Of a stretch of DNA of 64,000 bases, positions 42,881 to 57,307 are shown piece after piece. How positions within the stretch are numbered: position 1 is the stretch's first letter; each line of letters opens with the position of its first letter. The notes under the pieces are model-generated. The model was given only the letters and a program-made list of their open reading frames with translations, made no database searches and was not told the origin of the DNA. The stretch covers positions 58,466,001 to 58,530,000 of the forward strand of contig OZ024748.1 in assembly GCA_964016885.1 (NCBI GenBank), read 5' to 3'. The translations under genes and the position numbers were made by a program. The stretch comes from Eledone cirrhosa (lineage: Eukaryota).

Positions 42881-44593
42881 GTGTGTGTGTGTGCGTATGT
42901 TAGTACATGCTATATTTACGTAGATGTGGATACTTTATTAATATGATTTGGGGAAACTAAGACAGATTTCCTCAAGAACAGCTATTTACAGTTTTTACTA
43001 TTACTTCATTGGAAAAGTGTATTGAAGCAGTGCATTTAATGTAACCCGTATTGTACCTTATTGATTATCGTATGTAAGTTTAATCGTGGAGCCATAACTC
43101 TTGATGGATTGGTATGGCACCAATGGGAATTTATAACCTGGTGGAAAGCCTCAACTTACCAGCCCTGGATATAGCCCACTCCTTCCCGGGAAGAAAATAG
43201 TGTGATAGAGAAGTGAGACAGAACAAGATATAGAGGATGAATCATAACTTATCATAGACAGCCACACATCAACCTCAAACTAATGAAAACCAAACTTGAT
43301 CTTGCAGTGAAACGAATGTAATATAAAAAGCATTCTACCGACGTTTTACGGACTCAGCAATCTTTCCACATTAATAAATCGATATACAAAATGTTATTCC
43401 TCTCTGGGTTGCACAGTGCTTTATAAACGACGCATGACATTTCAGCTGAAGAATAAAACTTAACCTGTGAATTATTAAATTTATTTTCGCTAGAAATTAA
43501 TATAAGGTGATCTGTAATTTAAAGAGGTGTGTACCTCACATTTCACTAATATTGATATCATGCACAAATCTAGTGATTGATACAAAAATATTTTAATGTA
43601 ATCGTATTATTGTACTTCAGATTTCATATTGAAACTAAATTACAGCAGTTTGATATTAGAGTTATATTCACCATTAAAATAACGTGTCTTTTCGCACCGA
43701 ATGATGAAAATATGCTATTGTCATCGGAATATAAAAGAAAATATGAAAATATGTGTCACTAATGAATCTCTATGAATAGTATTAAAATCTCAAAGCCCAT
43801 GAGACATTGTAGTTATTGATTTGGAATTCACTGAAGGACACTATATATTAATGTCGATAAACTGTTTCTTGTATATATTCTACATGCCTAATTTCAAATG
43901 TAGTTCCGTATTTCGTGTAATATCATAAATGTGACGTATTTATTTCAAAAGAAACGAAAGATGTCTGAACGAAATGATTTAACATCATAAATAATTACAT
44001 CTATAGCATAATGGCATTTATGAACAATAATGCTACTTAATTTACATCTAGACTGTAATAAATCTCAAACATGAACCATTATCTAAGTGCACTCATTACA
44101 AAGCTAATCGAAAGTAATTTGCTCTTTCCATTGATGCCTGTAATCATACTATAAGCAGCCATGTGTTTTTATGCATTTGTTATCCGAGTAATCTTGAATG
44201 TGCAAATTTGTGATAATGATTCTTAATGACGCACAATTACTGGATAATGATGTCATTAAGTTCTTACATTTGTGCAGAAGCAAATAAAGATAGAATTCGT
44301 TGCTAATACCTGTGATAACATATATTATAATTCAGAGTCACAAGGTTTTATAAAGGTGATGATTGTTCAAAGATACAATACAGGTCAACATAAAGTGTTT
44401 ACTCGTTTCTATAAAGAAATACTTAGTATACAGCTGTTGTTGGTGATATATATATATATTAGAAAGTGAGGGTTTTTTTACAAAATGAAAAATAACCGAG
44501 GTGTCCCACACGTGTGAACGTATAAAAAAAAAGTTGAAATCGAAAATGCAACTGGAGTCTTATTTTTAGAAAAATATATATATTTATTTGGTT

Positions 44594-44630
44594 CCTTTAC
44601 CGGTTTCGCAGTTCCTCTGCTTTTCAAAAG
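44594..44630 (-). ncRNA. Second copy of the minimal U3-A8 hammerhead (family of 40858)
   Basis: ctt-TTGAAAA-gcagaggaactgc-GAAA-ccgg-TA-aagg. Confidence 0.72.
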
Positions 44631-45400
44631 TAGAGTGAGATGGAGGGTTTGTGGTTTATGTGTGAGATCCTTGGTACAGTTTGGTATATTTGACAAAAAG
44701 GAAAAGAATGACTTCACTTGTAGTGTTAACAAATTTTGTGATTTAATCTTATAATATAATATTATATTAATGCACTGGGTAATTGCTGGCCTTGTGCCTA
44801 AAGTAGAAACAATTATATTATTATAAGTCGGTAGATCCAGTACGTTCTTTGCTAACTTCGGTGGGAAGAATTTTAGAGATTCCTGGTTAACATGTTATTT
44901 TTATCGCTTACACACTGCTTGTACATCGTGTACTCATATTAGTACCACCACAAGTAATTCACTGAATCCTTTAAACAATATATATTTAATTTATTTTTCC
45001 AGATTTTGAATGACATATTTCATATACATATTCATACAACGGAAGTTTATGATAGACAAGCAGCTATATATTGAATGACGCGCCATGTTAAATCTTATAT
45101 TTATATTATCCTAAGCATATGAGACAAACATATAGAAAATGCAACGGAAGTATTCAGTGATATTGAAACCTTTAAAGTAGCTGAGTATAAAATTATTTGA
45201 AGAATTAGGAAAATAATTGTAGCTGCAAAAATATGAAATACTTGAATCCTTGGAGCAACAATATTTAGTCCGATGTGTTAATTACATATGTAGATCCAGA
45301 TATGTTACACACAGTTATACATAACTGAATGGATATGTCGCTTTCACAGTTTACCATCTTGTTAAGGATTTAGACTGGAGGAGATACTATGAAGCTGGTG

Positions 45401-46078
45401 TACGAGAAGTGTTAGAATGGTCACACGACTTAGTGCGCTGTATGAGCTATGAGTGGGTTGCATCTCCGTGAGCCGTAATATCAAGGGAATATATAACTGC
45501 AATCTCAGCTTCCTGCAGCCATTTATATGTCTTTTCAAATGCTTGTGTTTACAGCTCCGCAATTTTAGGCTGGTGAGCGATGAGCACAGAGCATTGAAGC
45601 AACCTGATGTTTCTGGTCCGGCTGTGAAACCTTGGAATACTGCAGCAAGTGTACGGACAGTATTTGGTAGAATATCCCCGATGAGGTGAGCATGCGGAAC
45701 ATTTGTGCGAAAATGGTACCAAAGCGGCTGAAAGATAGTCAGGAGGAGCAGCGAATGTTGATGTGTCGGGAAATCCTCGGGCGTCTTGAATCCGAATTAG
45801 ACTTGCTGTGGCGAGCTGTCAACGGTGATGAGTCATGGACATTCAAGTCGTCCGGATTTCCAGATATGGAAGCCATCAAGAGGACAGTGATGACGGAACT
45901 GTAGAGAATCCTGAAGGAATCATTTATGGATGCATCGAGGTGTAGTGTGGAAGGTTGGGAAAAGTGCGTTAGACGTGAGGGGGCGGGATATGTTGAAGGG
46001 GATAAATTATAGTTTGTTGTTTAGATTTGAAATATCTTTAGCGACATCAATCTTATTTCTTGTCAGACAAAACACAGA
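45401..46078 (+). pseudogene. Decayed, internally deleted mariner element
   Basis: ICAKMVPKRL..Q..RMLMCRE..RAVNGDESWTF joined to C-terminal FPDMEAIK; tacgag start resembles a mariner TIR. Confidence 0.78.
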
Positions 46079-47781
46079 ACGCATTCTGTTGATAATCCAC
46101 ATTTCTTTACGTCAGATACAATATCACAAACCACATAATCAAGTACCTTCCTTTTTCTTAAAAGGCTAGAAGTGATTTGAAGAAGATTTTGCTGCTATGT
46201 ATAGTAGCTTGGTTGACCACAGAAAGGCTCCCTCTATATGTCTGTAGATAAGAATTTGTTCCGGCCAACCGATACTACATTATTTTCAAGCCTAAGATCT
46301 GTATCTTGCCATTATCAGCAAAAGTAATTGGCATATACAAGGGTCTGTAGGGGAGTTCTTAAGCTGACTATGAGAGAGTAATGCTAGGGCCACGAATTCT
46401 TGCATGTATTAACGTCAACTATTCTTATTAATAACTGCATTGTTTCTGTCCTGAGATTATGTTGAAAAATGAACCTCATTTGGTCATCCTATGAGAGTAA
46501 CGTACTCAACCTATGGCTTTTTCAATTGACACTCGTATGTTGTAGTGTTTTTGTATCGTTCAATAATTATTTATCAAATATTTGTTCATGCTCTCCTATT
46601 GTACCAGATTATTTGGTGCACACAACAACCCACCAGGCGTGATGGTTGTATGTATTTTGTATAAACATACAAAATAAATAATCTATTTATTACTGAAACT
46701 CCATTGTTTCTTTCCAGTGTCTATGTTGACAGATAAACGTCATTTAATCATTCCCAGAGAGTGTCTTGTTCAGCCAATGAACGTTTAGTCAACCCTCCTA
46801 TAGATCTATGTGCTACTTGAATCTCTTCTTTCACGTCCCGTGGAGCATCAGCGATAATCTACTCCTTAGAAACGCCTGAACATTCCTCCCCCCTGGTTTG
46901 AAACCATATGGAAATATGATTGTGCTCTGTTATATACGCCGCATCAAGATATATAAAATATAACATTAATATTTATCTCCAGTGATACGATTTTCACATT
47001 GTTTCACTTTTGAGTGAACGATATAAGTCATGTTATCATAATAATTAGCTGATCTTACATCATTATTAAATTGGTGATTATTAAAAGACATAAAAATATA
47101 CGAAGAATTTTAATATCCTCTCATTGATTACTACATTCCCCGAGAATTGTTTCAAATCGATATTATTTAGCTGATATAGCGACAATGTTATTTGTCGCAG
47201 CAATCAGCTACCGGTATTGCTTATTTCGCCAATACTGAAAATTAAACTAATTACTGTATATATAATTCACTAAATATGTATTATATATAACACCAAACTA
47301 AGCAATTAAGGTATTGTTTTCGAAAAGTGATAAATGTATCACGCTAATGATTTCTATCTATTATATTTGGTGTAAGATATTTGCTACAAATACTGTGTAT
47401 ATTAAGTAGAAATTGCATTGACTATATTTATCGCCAGGCAGTCTGGAAAGTGTTAATTATTGGCAATGTTATCTGAAAAGTTAATCTGAAAAGTTAATAA
47501 TTATAATTATAATTATCTTTGCTGTTATTATTGTTATCATGACCAGTAATAATAATAATTATTGTTTACAACTGAGCTTACAACTGGCTGGAGAGCCCGG
47601 GGGAACTGTGACAAATGTAGAAAGGAACATTTTAAATGGCATGCCTACTAGGAACAGCAAGGACCCTGTGATAGCACCTGTATATTTGACGCTCTAGGTA
47701 GACGCTTGATGTACACTAGATCACATTTTCCGGCTAAATGCCATCAATGATTGGTGATTTCAAATTCATAATAATAATAAT

Positions 47782-48431
47782 GATTTCTACTATAGTTATA
47801 AGGCGAACAACTCGGGGAGAGGGGGAAAGTCGATTAAATCGACCTCAGTGCATTACTGGTACTTCATTTTATATCCCTCGTAAAGATGAATGGCAAAGCT
47901 AATTTCTGTGAGATTTGAAATCTATGCCATAAAACATATTGTCCAACACTCTACCGGTTCTGGCAATCCAATGATGATGATGATGATAATAATAATAATA
48001 ATAGTGATAATAATAATAATAATAATAAGTGGTTCTACTTTTGGAACAAGGCCAGCAATAATCCTGGTGTATTACTGATTCTTTATTTGATCGAACTCGT
48101 ATAAATGAAAGGCAAAGTTAACCTCGGCGTAATTTGAACTCATACTGGAAAAGGCCGTAGCTCTATGCTGCAAATCGTGGCATCCAGCCTTCTACCGATA
48201 CACTGCTCTTCATAATAATAATAACGGTTTCTAGTATAGGCACAAAACCAGTCATTTGGGAGTAGGAGATAGTCGAATAAATCCACTCCAGTACGTTACT
48301 GGTAGTTTATTTTATCGGCCCCGTAATGATCAAAGGCAAAATTAAGCTCGGTGGGATTTGAACTCAAACAGTAAAGGGCCATAGCTCTATGCTGCAAAGC
48401 ATGGTGTCCAACTTACTACCGATACTGCAAT
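47782..48431 (-). mobile_element. Three tandem, older SINE copies separated by (AAT)n
   Basis: Repeated gaaaggcaaag..tttgaactca..ctaccgatac motifs. Confidence 0.8.
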
Positions 48432-48984
48432 GTACAAGTGTACGCATTTAGTTCCAAGGCGTACACGATTAAATCGATAGCAGAATTGGACGGTTTGGGC
48501 TCATTCATTGTAGAATGCTAAAACAGTTTTACGGCATTGTATGTGAAAGGGTTAAATATGTGTAGCTAAACACACGAGTGAATATGTTTGGTTTTAGTCT
48601 ATTATATCATGCAAAGTAAGATTGATGTTAGCATTTACATTTCTTTGTAAATCAATATTTGAATGTTTGTTTTTTTCCTCAAAACCTTTCATTCTTTTCT
48701 ACAAAGTGTTAGAAAAAATATGAAATATAACGTGGCAGTTATGTCTGAGTGTCAAATTTAGAAATATTGTGCTTCTTTATGTCTTAATTTTATATTATTG
48801 ACGTCAGGGAAATCATTTGAAATATGGATACGTAGTTCAGTTTAGAATAGTTCTCATTACCACGCTTTGGGGCGACGATGGTTGCCGAGCACTGTACGGC
48901 GTAATTAGGGCTGTTTGTTTACAAACAAACCGAACATTATAATAAATGTTCGGTTAACTCATACGTACATATATATATATGTGC

Positions 48985-49027
<43 letters not shown>

Positions 49028-49053
49028 TGTGTTCGTTTTTCTTTTTTGTTCAG

Positions 49054-49127
<74 letters not shown>

Positions 49128-49203
49128 TTATCTATTAAAATAACAGATTAAACTTTAATCTGTTATTTTAATAAATATTTGCTCTACGTTTCTTATATAT
49201 TTG

Positions 49204-49234
<31 letters not shown>

Positions 49235-49444
49235 GTAATAATAATAAATTTGATAATAATAAATTTGATAATATTGCGAAACAGTATTATCAAAACTGAC
49301 TGGACTTAGAAATAGCCGTCGAAACGGCTTGAGCTCTGCCGTCGGGGTCATACATTTTCCTATTATCAAATCTAAATATATATATGTGCGTGTGTGTGTA
49401 AAATGTAAACAGAAATAACAACACACTCGGCATATATATATATA

Positions 49445-49640
49445 TTTTGTTTCTGAATTTGTTTAGCATGATTCTGTATCTGAAAACGTGTGTTGAAACC
49501 GATATTGTTATACTTTGGGAGGGTCATGTTGCCAATAAGAAACAATTTATTATTAAGTTAATTTATAATACATTGGAGTGAACTCAACTGGTGCATGTGT
49601 TTCTTATTGGCAACATGACCCTCCCAAAGTATAACAATAT
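49445..49640 (-). mobile_element. Family D fragment with fold-back
   Basis: atattgttatactttgggagggtcatgttgccaataagaaaca is inverted ~55 bp downstream. Confidence 0.8.
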
Positions 49641-50087
49641 ATATATATACATATATAGTAACAATAATAAATTTGAAGACTAAAATCCAAAGTGGGCTCG
49701 ATAAGGATAAATATATATCAAATAAATTATTTTAATAATATATATATCAAGAAAGGCATTATTTAGATTCGTATTAAATTCATTAAAACAATAACATTAA
49801 AACAATATTTCAATAGTTTAAATTGTTAGCAAACATTATTAGTGCCGTATATTATGCTACAGGAAATTAACTCTAATTAGAATGTCTGGTATGAAAATAA
49901 TATTTTACTTTCTTATTTCTTTAGTAATTCAATGATATGCAAGGAACGGATGTCATTCCCCTTACGCACACTTATTAACTCAATTTGATTTCAAAATAAA
50001 TATTTTCTGACAGTGACAAATGGTCGGTCTTTAAAAACTGATTCCCTTGCAGTTAAATTTTGTTGATGACTGTAATGTTTTACAATA

Positions 50088-50272
50088 ATTGTTTCTACTT
50101 TTGGCACAAGGCCAGCAATTACCCAGTGCATTACTGGTACTTTATTTTATCTACCCCGTAAGGATGAAAGGCAAAGTCAACCTCGGCGGGATTTGAACTC
50201 AGATCATACAGGGAGGTAACTTTATGCCTCAAAGCATGGCGTCCGACCCTCTACCAATACTGCCAATCCACC
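50088..50272 (-). mobile_element. Full-length tRNA-derived SINE
   Basis: Reverse complement of consensus. Confidence 0.9.
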
Positions 50273-50334
50273 AATGATTGTTATTGTTACTTTAATGATT
50301 AGTTTACTGTGAAAATATATTGAGGTTGACCAAT

Positions 50335-51297
50335 GATATTGATGACTACTTTGATTGTATAGTTGATGATGATGATGGGGATGGCGACGGTGGTGGTGCT
50401 GGCGGCGGCGGCGATGATGCTGATGATGATCATCATGATGATGACGATGATGATGGTGATGCTGATGATGATGATAATGATGGTGACGGCGGTGATGACG
50501 GCGATGATAATGGTGATATTGACGGCGGCAGTGGTGTTGGCCGTTGCGATGACGGTGATGATGATGATGATGATGATAATGATGATGAAGATACTGATGC
50601 TGGCGGCGGTGATGATGAGGATGACGATGATAATAATGATGATGACGGTGGCAGTGGTGTTGGTCGTGGTGATGATGGCGATGATGATGATGATGATGAT
50701 GATGATAATGATGATGCTGATGGTAATGGCGGCGGTGGTGGTGGTGATGATGATGATGATGATGATGATGATAATGATGATGCTGATGGTAATGGCGGCG
50801 GTGGTGGTGGTGATGATGATGATGATGATGATGACGATGCTAATCCTGATGATGGTGTCAGTAGTGTTACTGGTGATGTTGATGTTGGCAACGATGATAA
50901 GGATGGTGGTGGGTGGTGGGTGGAAGTAATGAGGATGATGACGATGATGATATTAATAGTGGTGGTGATGGTGGCATTCGTGGTGGTGGTCGTGGTGGTG
51001 ATGATGATAGCATTCGTGGTGGTGGTCGTAGTGATGATGATGGTGGCATTCGTGGTGGTGGTCGTGGTGGTGATGATGATAGCATTCGTGGTGGTGGTCG
51101 TAGTGATGATGATGATAGCATTCGTGGTGGTGGTCGTGGTGGTGATGATGGTGGCATTCGTGGTGGCATTCGTGGTGGTGGTCGTGGTGCTTACGATCAT
51201 AGTGGCATTCGTGTAGGTGGTGGTGGTGATGATGATCATGGTGGCATTCGTGTAGGTGGTGGTGGTGGTAGTGGTGGTAGTGATGCTGATGATCATG
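50335..51297. repeat. (GAT)/(GGT)/(GGC) low-complexity region with higher-order 27-60 bp periodicity
   Basis: Units such as gcattcgtggtggtggtcgtggtggtgatgatg; several frames open only because the repeat lacks stop codons. Confidence 0.9.
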
Positions 51298-51550
51298 TTT
51301 TTACACTTTGGTTTTTTTTTTTGTAAAATAACAAATTATTTCTCGGACAAGAAATAAATAATTCCATCGATTAGGCACACAATTCATATTTTGTATAAAC
51401 AAGAATAATTGTTTAAATTTCATGTCTATATTACTAGTACATTACATTGTTGGAATAGGTAAAAGCCAATTATTATTTTCTAGGATGAATTATTTGACAG
51501 AAATGCCCGGTTAATCACAGGTGGATTATCATCGAACGTATATGTTAGAT

Positions 51551-52490
51551 CAGAGGTTCTCAAAGTGGGTGCTACGATTCCCCCGGGGACATTGATAGGG
51601 TCCAGGGGGTGCTGGAGTCTAAGGGAGCATATGATATAATAGTATATTAAATATCAAATGATACATATCTATATATATATAAAACTGAGGATATCTGTCT
51701 GTGTGTGTCTGTGAGTTTGAATCCCTAAAACTCGAGAAGTACCCAACCGATTTTTTAAAAACTTTACATGTGTATTACTTCTGTTTCAGGGAGTGTTATT
51801 CACATAAAGTTCAACTTTTTGATCCCCTAGGTGAAAAAATGCGTTTTTTCAGCTTTTTAGGGGTTTTTTTAGGCGTTACGTCAGACCAATTTCCTTGAAA
51901 TTGTAACTATGTATTAGTCCCTCTCTTCTTCATACAGTAAGCAAATAAAATTCAACTTGTTTATGGCCTAGAACACGCATTAAGTGAAAAACTTCATTTT
52001 TTTGTTCAGCCATTTAGGGCTTTTTCGAGGCGTTACGTAGCCGATTTTCCTGAAATTTGAAGGCATATTATGCACATAAAAAAATTCATTTTCTTGATCC
52101 CCTAGGGCCTGCATTAGGTAAAAACCTGCATTGTTCCTACTTCATCGAGGAAAATCTTAAATATTATCCAGCCATCATAGTATTCAGTTTACTTTCTTTA
52201 CATATTGTCCAGGCATGCAGTTTTTCCACGATTAGGTATGTTGTCGGCCCGCGTTCCAAAATACCTTATCCCGTGCAACACCGGCTACCACTGCTAGTTA
52301 TATATAAATATTAAAATAATGTATATATAACACTTATTTATACATAATATATATTATACTATATTTTATATATAAATTAACGATTTTATTTATTATATAT
52401 TATTTGCAATTTGCATGTAGACAGGTTTCTTTGAAAATAGGGGAGGAGCGCTGAGCGGGGGCGCTGGCCCTAAAAGTTGGAGAATATTTG
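51551..52490. mobile_element. Old hAT-like MITE interrupted by a Helitron
   Basis: Left end cagaggttctcaaagtggg; degenerate right end aaaagttggagaatatttg. Confidence 0.5.
51668..52297 (+). mobile_element. Non-autonomous Helitron
   Basis: 5' TC(TA)n, subterminal ccgtgcaacaccgg hairpin, 3' CTAG, inserted between A and T. Confidence 0.82.
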
Positions 52491-53353
52491 TGAAAAATAA
52501 TAGAGAAAGCATTTCATTTTTTGAGCAACATTTCTTTATATATTCGTATAGGTTTGCAAGATTTCCACCTGCAAATCATTACTCATTGAGTGGATATTTA
52601 TGACAAAAACATCTGCCCTAGTATAGATAATCCCATAGAATATACATTCCTTGCGATTTCCGTACTGTTTAATAATGATGGACTCGGTCACTGATAGTGA
52701 ACTATGTCATTTATCACGGCATATGGATATATAAACATATAATATAAGAACATTTAGACATCTTTGGACCAATTAAAGGAACAGTATACTATAGACCTCA
52801 TTATGGAAAACGATTACACACACACATATATGAAAAAATATATTTTTACACCTGTAGTCTATGTAATACCTACTTTTGTTGATATATTGCTGTACATAAA
52901 TTTCCTGCGATTTCCCGCCTCTCTGTATATACATGTGGGTGTGTCCCTGTGTGTGGGTGTGTATGTGTGTGTGTGTATACGATTTAGATATGAAAACGGA
53001 GCCATGGACGAAGGGGTGACTCCACGAATGAATCATTTTTTTTTATTTCTATCATGGCTACAAGGAGAGTTAATCTCAGTAGAGTGAACTAACAAAATAT
53101 TCACCCATGTTCCAGTGTTGTCAATACTTACAATTTTATATGACACTACTATATAGCGCCTATTTGCAGTTAGGTCGATGGTAGCACTGTGATTTAACGT
53201 GTTTCCCTTTGAAACTATACATTAGCGGTGATAGTATACGAGCCTTACCCCTCGTCTTCTTCTGTGGGTAACCAACATATACGGTATGCACGTCTATGTA
53301 CAACAATTGTGTGTTATGGCGTTGGTAGCGCCATATTAAATGTCCAATTATAT

Positions 53354-53537
53354 AATTGTTTCTACTTTTGGCACATGGCCAGCAATTACCCAGTACATTA
53401 CTGTTACTTTATTTTATCGACCCCATAAGGATGAAAGGCAGAGTTAACGTTGGCGGGCTTTGAACTCAGAATGGAAAGCGCCGTAATTGTATGCGTTATA
53501 GCTTTGTGTCCAACCCTCTACCGCTACTGCCAATCCA
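53354..53537 (-). mobile_element. tRNA-derived SINE
   Basis: Reverse complement of consensus. Confidence 0.85.
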
Positions 53538-53699
53538 ATATATTTGATTTTAATCTGAGAAAAGGATACCATCGCGAATACAAACGACAGAAATGGAGTT
53601 CCTTCGAAGGATCTATAGAGTAACGTTACCCGATAGAGTGTGAAGCTCGGAGATCTGAGAGTTTCTCCAGGTAGAGCCGCTACTCCTCCGATTTGAGAT

Positions 53700-53918
53700 A
53701 TCACAGCTCCGATACTATGAAAGTCTCAGCAAAGAACTGATGGATAGATTTTACGGGTAAAACGAACTGACAAAGAGACCCAGGAGTAGACTCCGAGCAA
53801 GATGAGGATCCAGTCAGAACTGTTGGAAACGGCTGTCTCGGCCAGAACCCGCTGGAAGGTGTGTTTGAGGACTCTTCCCCCAAAGCCCTCCCAGGATTGA
53901 GTGGGCAAAGAAGAAGAA
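53700..53918 (+). mobile_element. LINE (RTE-like) 3' remnant
   Basis: KRPRSR and LLETAVSARTRWK-like peptides; (AAG)n tail. Confidence 0.45.
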
Positions 53919-56496
53919 TCAAATATATTCGTATCATTAATATATCGGAGATTTGAAACAAGTTGGAATGACAGTGGAACTAATTATCAATTAAATTGCC
54001 AATGATCTCTATGATAGACACAACACTAAAAGCCAGATTACACTTCCACTTCAGAGCAAGGAAATCATTTGTGGTAGACAGCTTGTCTTTATTACACATT
54101 AAATGTAAGATTAACAATTGATTTTACCTCACATGACTGAGAGACTGAAGGTTTTCTTTTTCAGATATAGTTATTCACGGCTTGGCTGTAATGAGGCGTT
54201 TCATCTAATTAAAATTGTACTAACTTATCAGCATCTTGCAATCACTATCGCACGTGCGTTCACTATGCATTTGCTTCCTCTTCAAATTTTATGAATATTA
54301 TTTTATACGTTCTAACAAGATCACGCAGTATCGAAAGACGTCCCACGTACTGCTACTATACCTGTCAAATTTAATCTTATCATTCTAACAATGACCCGTC
54401 CAGATTAAAGCAGACACACACTCTGTCGGGCACTCCTTCACCTTGTATCTGCTACTCTCCTTAAGAACCTTTACCTATATTCTGGAGATCAACTGCAATG
54501 AATTCAAGTAAACTGGTGACAACCACTCCTCACACTCAATAATATAATTTAGTATCACCACTAGATTAGTGCAGAGCTAACGACGAATATACTTATATCT
54601 CATTAACACAGTACATCTGTATGTAAATAAGCATTACAAGCAGAGTTGCAACGTATAATTAGTTACTACTTGGTTAGCTTTCAGAGTTGACATGAAGTCT
54701 TTACAAAAGCGTGTACCACGATAATAACTCTCAAGAGGCATCTCCTTTTCTTTTCTTTTTTTTTTTTACACTAATTGCATTTCAACGTCAGAATTACGGA
54801 CGTGATATGAATAAATAATCGAATACAATTAATATGAACGAAATAATTACGAGAAAATACAGTTTGTTTTTATTATTTAGCAACTTACTATATAGTCAGC
54901 AAGTTTTATTTGTGATATACAGTAATGTTAAATTATATATCTGTTTTATGGTCTGACAGATTATATAAAGTAAACTATGTTGCTCAATCTTTGCAAAATA
55001 CTAAAGATATACATTAATATATATGTAACTTTATTTGGGGGAGGGGTAGAGAGGGGGTAATTTAACGTTCTAACAACACTATATGACAGCCAGTTATTTC
55101 AGGAGTTTAAAAACAAATGTACATTTAACATTGTTATGGAGATAATAATATCAATTAAAGTAGCAACAAAATCAACAACAGTAACAATAGCAAGACCAAC
55201 AGCAGCAACACCAGCACTAACAACAACAACAACAACAGCAATAAAAATAAGAATAATTCTATATTCAATAAATGCTTCAGTATCCACAATTCAATAGAGA
55301 ATACTGCCTTATAAGTAAAAATCTAATTTTATGAAAATCTTCACGCGGATTGTTGAAAGCAATTTTTGCTCCGAGACATATACGATGGCACTGCATGGTT
55401 TTGTATGAAATGTCTACAGAAGTGACAATAATGCAAAGTAACATAATTAGCCAATTGCTATATTTTTGCTTTTGAAATGATGCTTTTGGAAAAAAAGAGT
55501 TAATTCAGAGAATAGTAGAGTACGTCGGAGGGAAATATTAGAACAATGTCTGTGTTAACTCTAGGAATGATGCACAGTAGCTACAATGGAGGTAATAGAC
55601 GAGTGTTGAACGGTATGGGAGAGAAGTAGGGGGTATACGATTATGAAATTCAGAAATGGAGTGAATCATGTCCCAGCATGTGGGACCCCATTTGCTCACT
55701 ACACGAAGAGATGAGGAGGGTGAGAGAGGTGGAGGCGATGACAGTGAGAGTTCGGCTCTTCCACGTTCGGACCATATCCTTGTGTTCATCAAGCGCTAGT
55801 GCAGAAATGAAATCAGTGACTCAACTGACAGATTAGACACTGCAAGGAATCTTATCAAATACTCAAACAATTCTGCCAATCTATCACTAGATATATTAAC
55901 AAATCGCAACGTAAATATAATACTAATGGAGATATATAAATAATATTTAGAGAAGGAAAAAACACGAATTCAATTTTCTTCTTATAAGATATGGAATGTG
56001 TATGTATGTACAACTTCCTTGTTCATTGTTTAGAAAAAAGGCTAGGGAAGTGCATATTGCCCTTTTCAATGTCTCTAACATCGGTAAGAGGCAAAGTGGA
56101 ATGGATTTTCATGAATGTATGACGCAGAGGAAAGTCCGTTAAAGGCACCCCACGTCAGATAATGGTGTTTAACATCGTGACAAATTAGGTAGTGTGAAAT
56201 GTACTCTAATTTTGGTATTTTCTATTCTATACACGATATATATATATATTAAACCAAGAACTATTTTTGAAGCAATTCAATTACAAAGTGAAATGTATTC
56301 AAATATAGCAATTGATTAAAATGTTGAATGCAGCTGTAGCTTTCCAGAAACGTGACTTGTGTCCAATATATTACCAAAATAAAGGTAACAGAAATAATAT
56401 AACCCATATTTCGATTTTGACACAAGTAACTTATTTCATATTAATGGAACCATTGCTGCAAACATTTGATAAGCTATATATTAGTCATAATTCATT

Positions 56497-56529
<33 letters not shown>

Positions 56530-56531
<2 letters not shown>

Positions 56532-56672
56532 CTGAACTCAGAAATAGCTGTCGAAACTGCTTGAGCTCGGCCGTCGGGGTCAAACATTTTCCTATTACCC
56601 AGTCTACTACCCTAAGTATTGAGTAATCTGGTGCGTTATGGTCCATCTGGTGCCTTACCACACCTCCTTCGT

Positions 56673-56673
<1 letters not shown>
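56530..56673 (+). mobile_element. Family F fragment
   Basis: Homology to 3425-3593; TA-flanked. Confidence 0.78.
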
Positions 56674-56737
<64 letters not shown>

Positions 56738-56772
56738 TATATATATGTGTGTGTGTGTATGTATGTATCTGC

Positions 56773-56824
<52 letters not shown>

Positions 56825-57125
56825 ATTCAGAGGGGATCCGTGTGGGTTTGAGGTTGATGCGTTGGGCTCACAATCGTCAGATTATGAGTTCGATTCTCGG
56901 AACGTCGGGGCATAATATCCTTGAACAAGGAAATTGTATTTCCCTTGTTCGAGTTCTGTCAGTTCTAAAAATGATCGTCGCAGTCTCGTTGGGTGTAAGC
57001 TGCTACAGCCTTTATATTTTCCATCCATTAGATCGGTGATGAGGAGGGGGAAGAGTGGTATGCATGTGCAACTGCTGATCCTCCAAATTGCTCCGCTTCG
57101 ACTGGTAATTTAGCGACCTAGAAAT

Positions 57126-57307
57126 AATTGTTTCTACTTTGTGCACAAGGCCAGCAAATACCCAGTACATTATTTTATTTTATCGACCCCGTAAGGATGA
57201 AAGGCAAAGTTAAGCTCGGCGGCATTTTAACTCAGACCATAAAGGACCGTAACTCTTTGTTGCAAAGAATGGCATCTGACCCTCTACCGATACTGCCAAT
57301 CCACCGC
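57126..57307 (-). mobile_element. Full-length tRNA-derived SINE (partial copy at 57455-57530)
   Basis: Reverse complement of consensus. Confidence 0.88.

Noticed and set aside
46336-46538. Possible mariner-type MITE (tacaagggt...cactcgta)
   Set aside because: Terminal match too short and degenerate to support
50320-51326. Asp/Gly-rich 298-aa ORF resembling an acidic biomineralisation protein
   Set aside because: Trinucleotide low-complexity DNA open in five frames; no ATG-led signal peptide or splice evidence; composition switches frame midway
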